This document shows positions 61,852-64,000 of a stretch of DNA of 64,000 bases, in pieces. Source of the DNA: a bacterium (GTDB taxonomy: Bacteria; Hydrothermota; Tepidihabitantia; B3-TA06); NCBI GenBank assembly GCA_012517375.1, contig JAAYVC010000101.1:19438-83437 (forward strand), written 5' to 3'. The position numbers and the translations under genes are program-made. The stretch's first letter is position 1. Each line of letters begins with the position of its first letter. Below the pieces are notes generated by a model. That model worked only from the letters and a program-made list of their open reading frames with translations. It was not told where the DNA came from and did not search any database.

Positions 61852-62372
61852 TCGAAGATCCTCCTCAAGTACTTTTCAAACTTCAAAGAGATCCTCTTTG
61901 TATTTGCTTCTATATCGTCGCCGTCACCCTGAACGTCAATCCAATGAATGTAGAGAAACTCCCCGTCGATATCTATCGACATGGTTCCCGGTGTAAGGGT
62001 AATGGAGTTTGCGAGAAACGCCTTCGCAGTATCCGTTTTGAGAGATGTACGGATCTTTACTATACCCGGCTTAACTGGGCATGAAGGGTGAAGAACCCTG
62101 AAAGCAACATCAAGATTAGCTACTATCATATGCCACGCAAAAACAGGTACGTATGCAATTGCCCAGAACCATCGTCTCGGATTCAGAAAGGAGAGAGGCT
62201 TGTGCGTGAACTCACCGCCAAAGAGCAACGCAGTGATAATTACCACAACTGCACCAGCAACCCAGACGTACCACTTATCCGGCAGGGTCAAAAGCATCCA
62301 GAGACAGTATGCTAATACAAAGAATACAATCCTCCTCATCTCAACCTCCTCCTCCAATAATCTTGGTTCCAA
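61848..62372 (-). CDS. mrpE: monovalent cation/H+ antiporter subunit E
   Basis: size/topology and position between D and F. Confidence 0.6.
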   Translation of the reverse strand: MEPRLLEEEVEMRRIVFFVLAYCLWMLLTLPDKWYVWVAGAVVVIITALLFGGEFTHKPLSFLNPRRWFWAIAYVPVFAWHMIVANLDVAFRVLHPSCPVKPGIVKIRTSLKTDTAKAFLANSITLTPGTMSIDIDGEFLYIHWIDVQGDGDDIEANTKRISLKFEKYLRRIFE

Positions 62373-63864
62373 GCTCTAAAACCGTCTCCGCGTATTTGCC
62401 TCCCGAAAGAAGCACATTGCTTGCGGGCCCGAATAGATTAGTTTTCAAAAGGAAGAAGAAGGCGCCGCCCGCTATCAAGAGAACTACAAGGGATGCCATG
62501 GCAAAAACCATTATAAAGGGCGACTCCTTGATGCCTTTAATGCCTTCTTTGCCCCAGAATACGTGATTGGTTATCTTCAAGAGATAGCCGAGCGTTACTA
62601 CCGCAAAAAGCGAAGCTATGATAGCGCCAGGTATCATGCCTGCGGCAAGAGCGCCAAGGATGATGAAAAGCTTTGAGAAGAATCCAAGGAACGGCGGCAT
62701 GCCTGCAACCGAAAGCCCGCCTGCGCTGTAGGCAAGAGAAGTCCAGGGCATCTGTTTGCCCAGACCGCCTGGAAACTTCGTGATGTCGCGTTCTCCAGTC
62801 CTGTAGACCACTGAGCCTGAGGTGAGGAACAGTACTCCCTTGCCTAGGGCATGGCTCAGTATGTGCGCAAGCGCACCTATCAGAGCAAACTCGTTACCTA
62901 TTCCGAACCCGAAGATTATGTATCCTATCTGACTAATGCTGGAATATGCCAGAAGACGCTTGTAGTCATTCTGGTTTAATGCCAAAAGACTGCCGATGAT
63001 GATGGATGCAAGTCCGAGTACAATCATGGCATCAAAAACCTGAGGATAAGAACTCCTAGTAAAACCGTAAACATTGAAGACCAGTCTGGCTATGGCATAG
63101 ACACCAAGCACCTTTATGAATACGCCCGAGAGCAAGGCGGACACAGGGGCGGGTGCCGAAGGGTGGGCGTCCGGCAACCAAGAATGGAAGGGTACTAGTG
63201 CGGCTTTGACTGAAAAACCAAAAAGAAGCAAGATGAAGACGAAATAGAATCCAACGCTCCGGTTCATTGTGGCAAGCATACGCGATATATCGGCAAGATT
63301 CAAAGTGGAGGTCGCGGCATAGATAAAAGCTATGGCGAGAAGAATCATGAGGCTCGCTATCTCGCCCATAACCATATACTTGAAACCGGCTTCAAGTTCC
63401 TCCGGTTCCGTCCCGAAAGCAACCAGAGCGTATGAGGCGATGGATGATATCTCGATGAATACGAACATATTGAAAAGGTCGCCTGTCATTGCCACGCCAT
63501 TCATCCCGACAAGCATGAGAAGAAGAAGCGTGTAGAACTTCCATGTTCCAGTGAAGTGATCCATGTACTTCAGAGCGAAAAGATAGGCGAAGAATACAAG
63601 AACCGATATGACGAGCAGCATAAGGATTCCAAGGGAGTCGACTGCAAAAACTATACCCAGAGGGATAGGCCAGCGTCCGAAGTTATAGACAAGCATGGAA
63701 CCCGGTTTGAAGGAAATAATGAGATATACAGTCAAGGCCAGAACCGCAGCCACAGACAACCCGCCGACAATCTCGGCAAGCCTTTTCCATAACTTGGAGA
63801 GAATAGGAACTAGAAATGCACCGCCAAGAGGGACAGCAATCAATAATACAAGAATCATCTCCAT
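62341..63864 (-). CDS. mrpD: monovalent cation/H+ antiporter subunit D (NuoN/NuoM-like proton-translocating subunit)
   Basis: ~14 TM; complex-I antiporter-like conserved region. Confidence 0.8.
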   Translation of the reverse strand: MEMILVLLIAVPLGGAFLVPILSKLWKRLAEIVGGLSVAAVLALTVYLIISFKPGSMLVYNFGRWPIPLGIVFAVDSLGILMLLVISVLVFFAYLFALKYMDHFTGTWKFYTLLLLMLVGMNGVAMTGDLFNMFVFIEISSIASYALVAFGTEPEELEAGFKYMVMGEIASLMILLAIAFIYAATSTLNLADISRMLATMNRSVGFYFVFILLLFGFSVKAALVPFHSWLPDAHPSAPAPVSALLSGVFIKVLGVYAIARLVFNVYGFTRSSYPQVFDAMIVLGLASIIIGSLLALNQNDYKRLLAYSSISQIGYIIFGFGIGNEFALIGALAHILSHALGKGVLFLTSGSVVYRTGERDITKFPGGLGKQMPWTSLAYSAGGLSVAGMPPFLGFFSKLFIILGALAAGMIPGAIIASLFAVVTLGYLLKITNHVFWGKEGIKGIKESPFIMVFAMASLVVLLIAGGAFFFLLKTNLFGPASNVLLSGGKYAETVLELGTKIIGGGG

Positions 63865-63867
63865 CGC

Positions 63868-64000
63868 TTATCCTTTTAGCTTCTTGATCTCATCGAGATC
63901 GAAAGTACCGGTTCTCTGATAGATACGCAACGCCATTGAAAGCATCAATGCCGTCGTTCCCAGTCCTATGACGATTGCAGTCAGAACAAGAGCCTGCGGA
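63868..64000 (-). CDS. mrpC: monovalent cation/H+ antiporter subunit C (NuoK-like), C-terminal fragment; continues beyond window
   Basis: rc translation ...PQALVLTAIVIGLGTTALMLSMALRIYQRTGTFDLDEIKKLKG*. Confidence 0.7.
   Translation of the reverse strand, partial: PQALVLTAIVIGLGTTALMLSMALRIYQRTGTFDLDEIKKLKG

Overview
This 64-kb window is chromosomal, about 45-50% GC and densely coding. It carries housekeeping and DNA-repair genes: otsA-otsB, a radical-SAM DNA-repair protein, nikR, fpg-like, xth, zupT, ligA, pcm, trx, guaB, tgt, queA, mutL-miaA, comEC and kamA. It also carries three tRNAs (Asn-GTT, Lys-CTT, His-GTG), a tmRNA, three secreted proteins with T9SS-type C-terminal sorting domains (consistent with an FCB-group or candidate-phylum organism), and the 3' part of an mrp cluster ending in a NuoI-like ferredoxin.

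The most unusual content is a compact cluster at about 18.3-25.2 kb. It contains a stand-alone Roadblock/LC7 protein, two paralogous REC-DUF4388-Roadblock fusion regulators, an operon of three V4R-domain proteins plus a cysteine-desulfurase-like PLP enzyme and a small unknown protein, and no GTPase.

Other notable points:
- A GTGTTACGG motif recurs in intergenic regions and also occurs as an in-frame 9-bp tandem array inside mutL.
- A GGGGTCCCC-hairpin repeat element is flanked by iteron-like direct repeats.
- A compositionally anomalous islet lies directly 3' of tmRNA.
- A perfect 15-bp palindrome overlaps the nikR promoter.
- The Fpg/Nei homolog lacks the N-terminal catalytic proline.

No CRISPR array, integrase or transposase was found.
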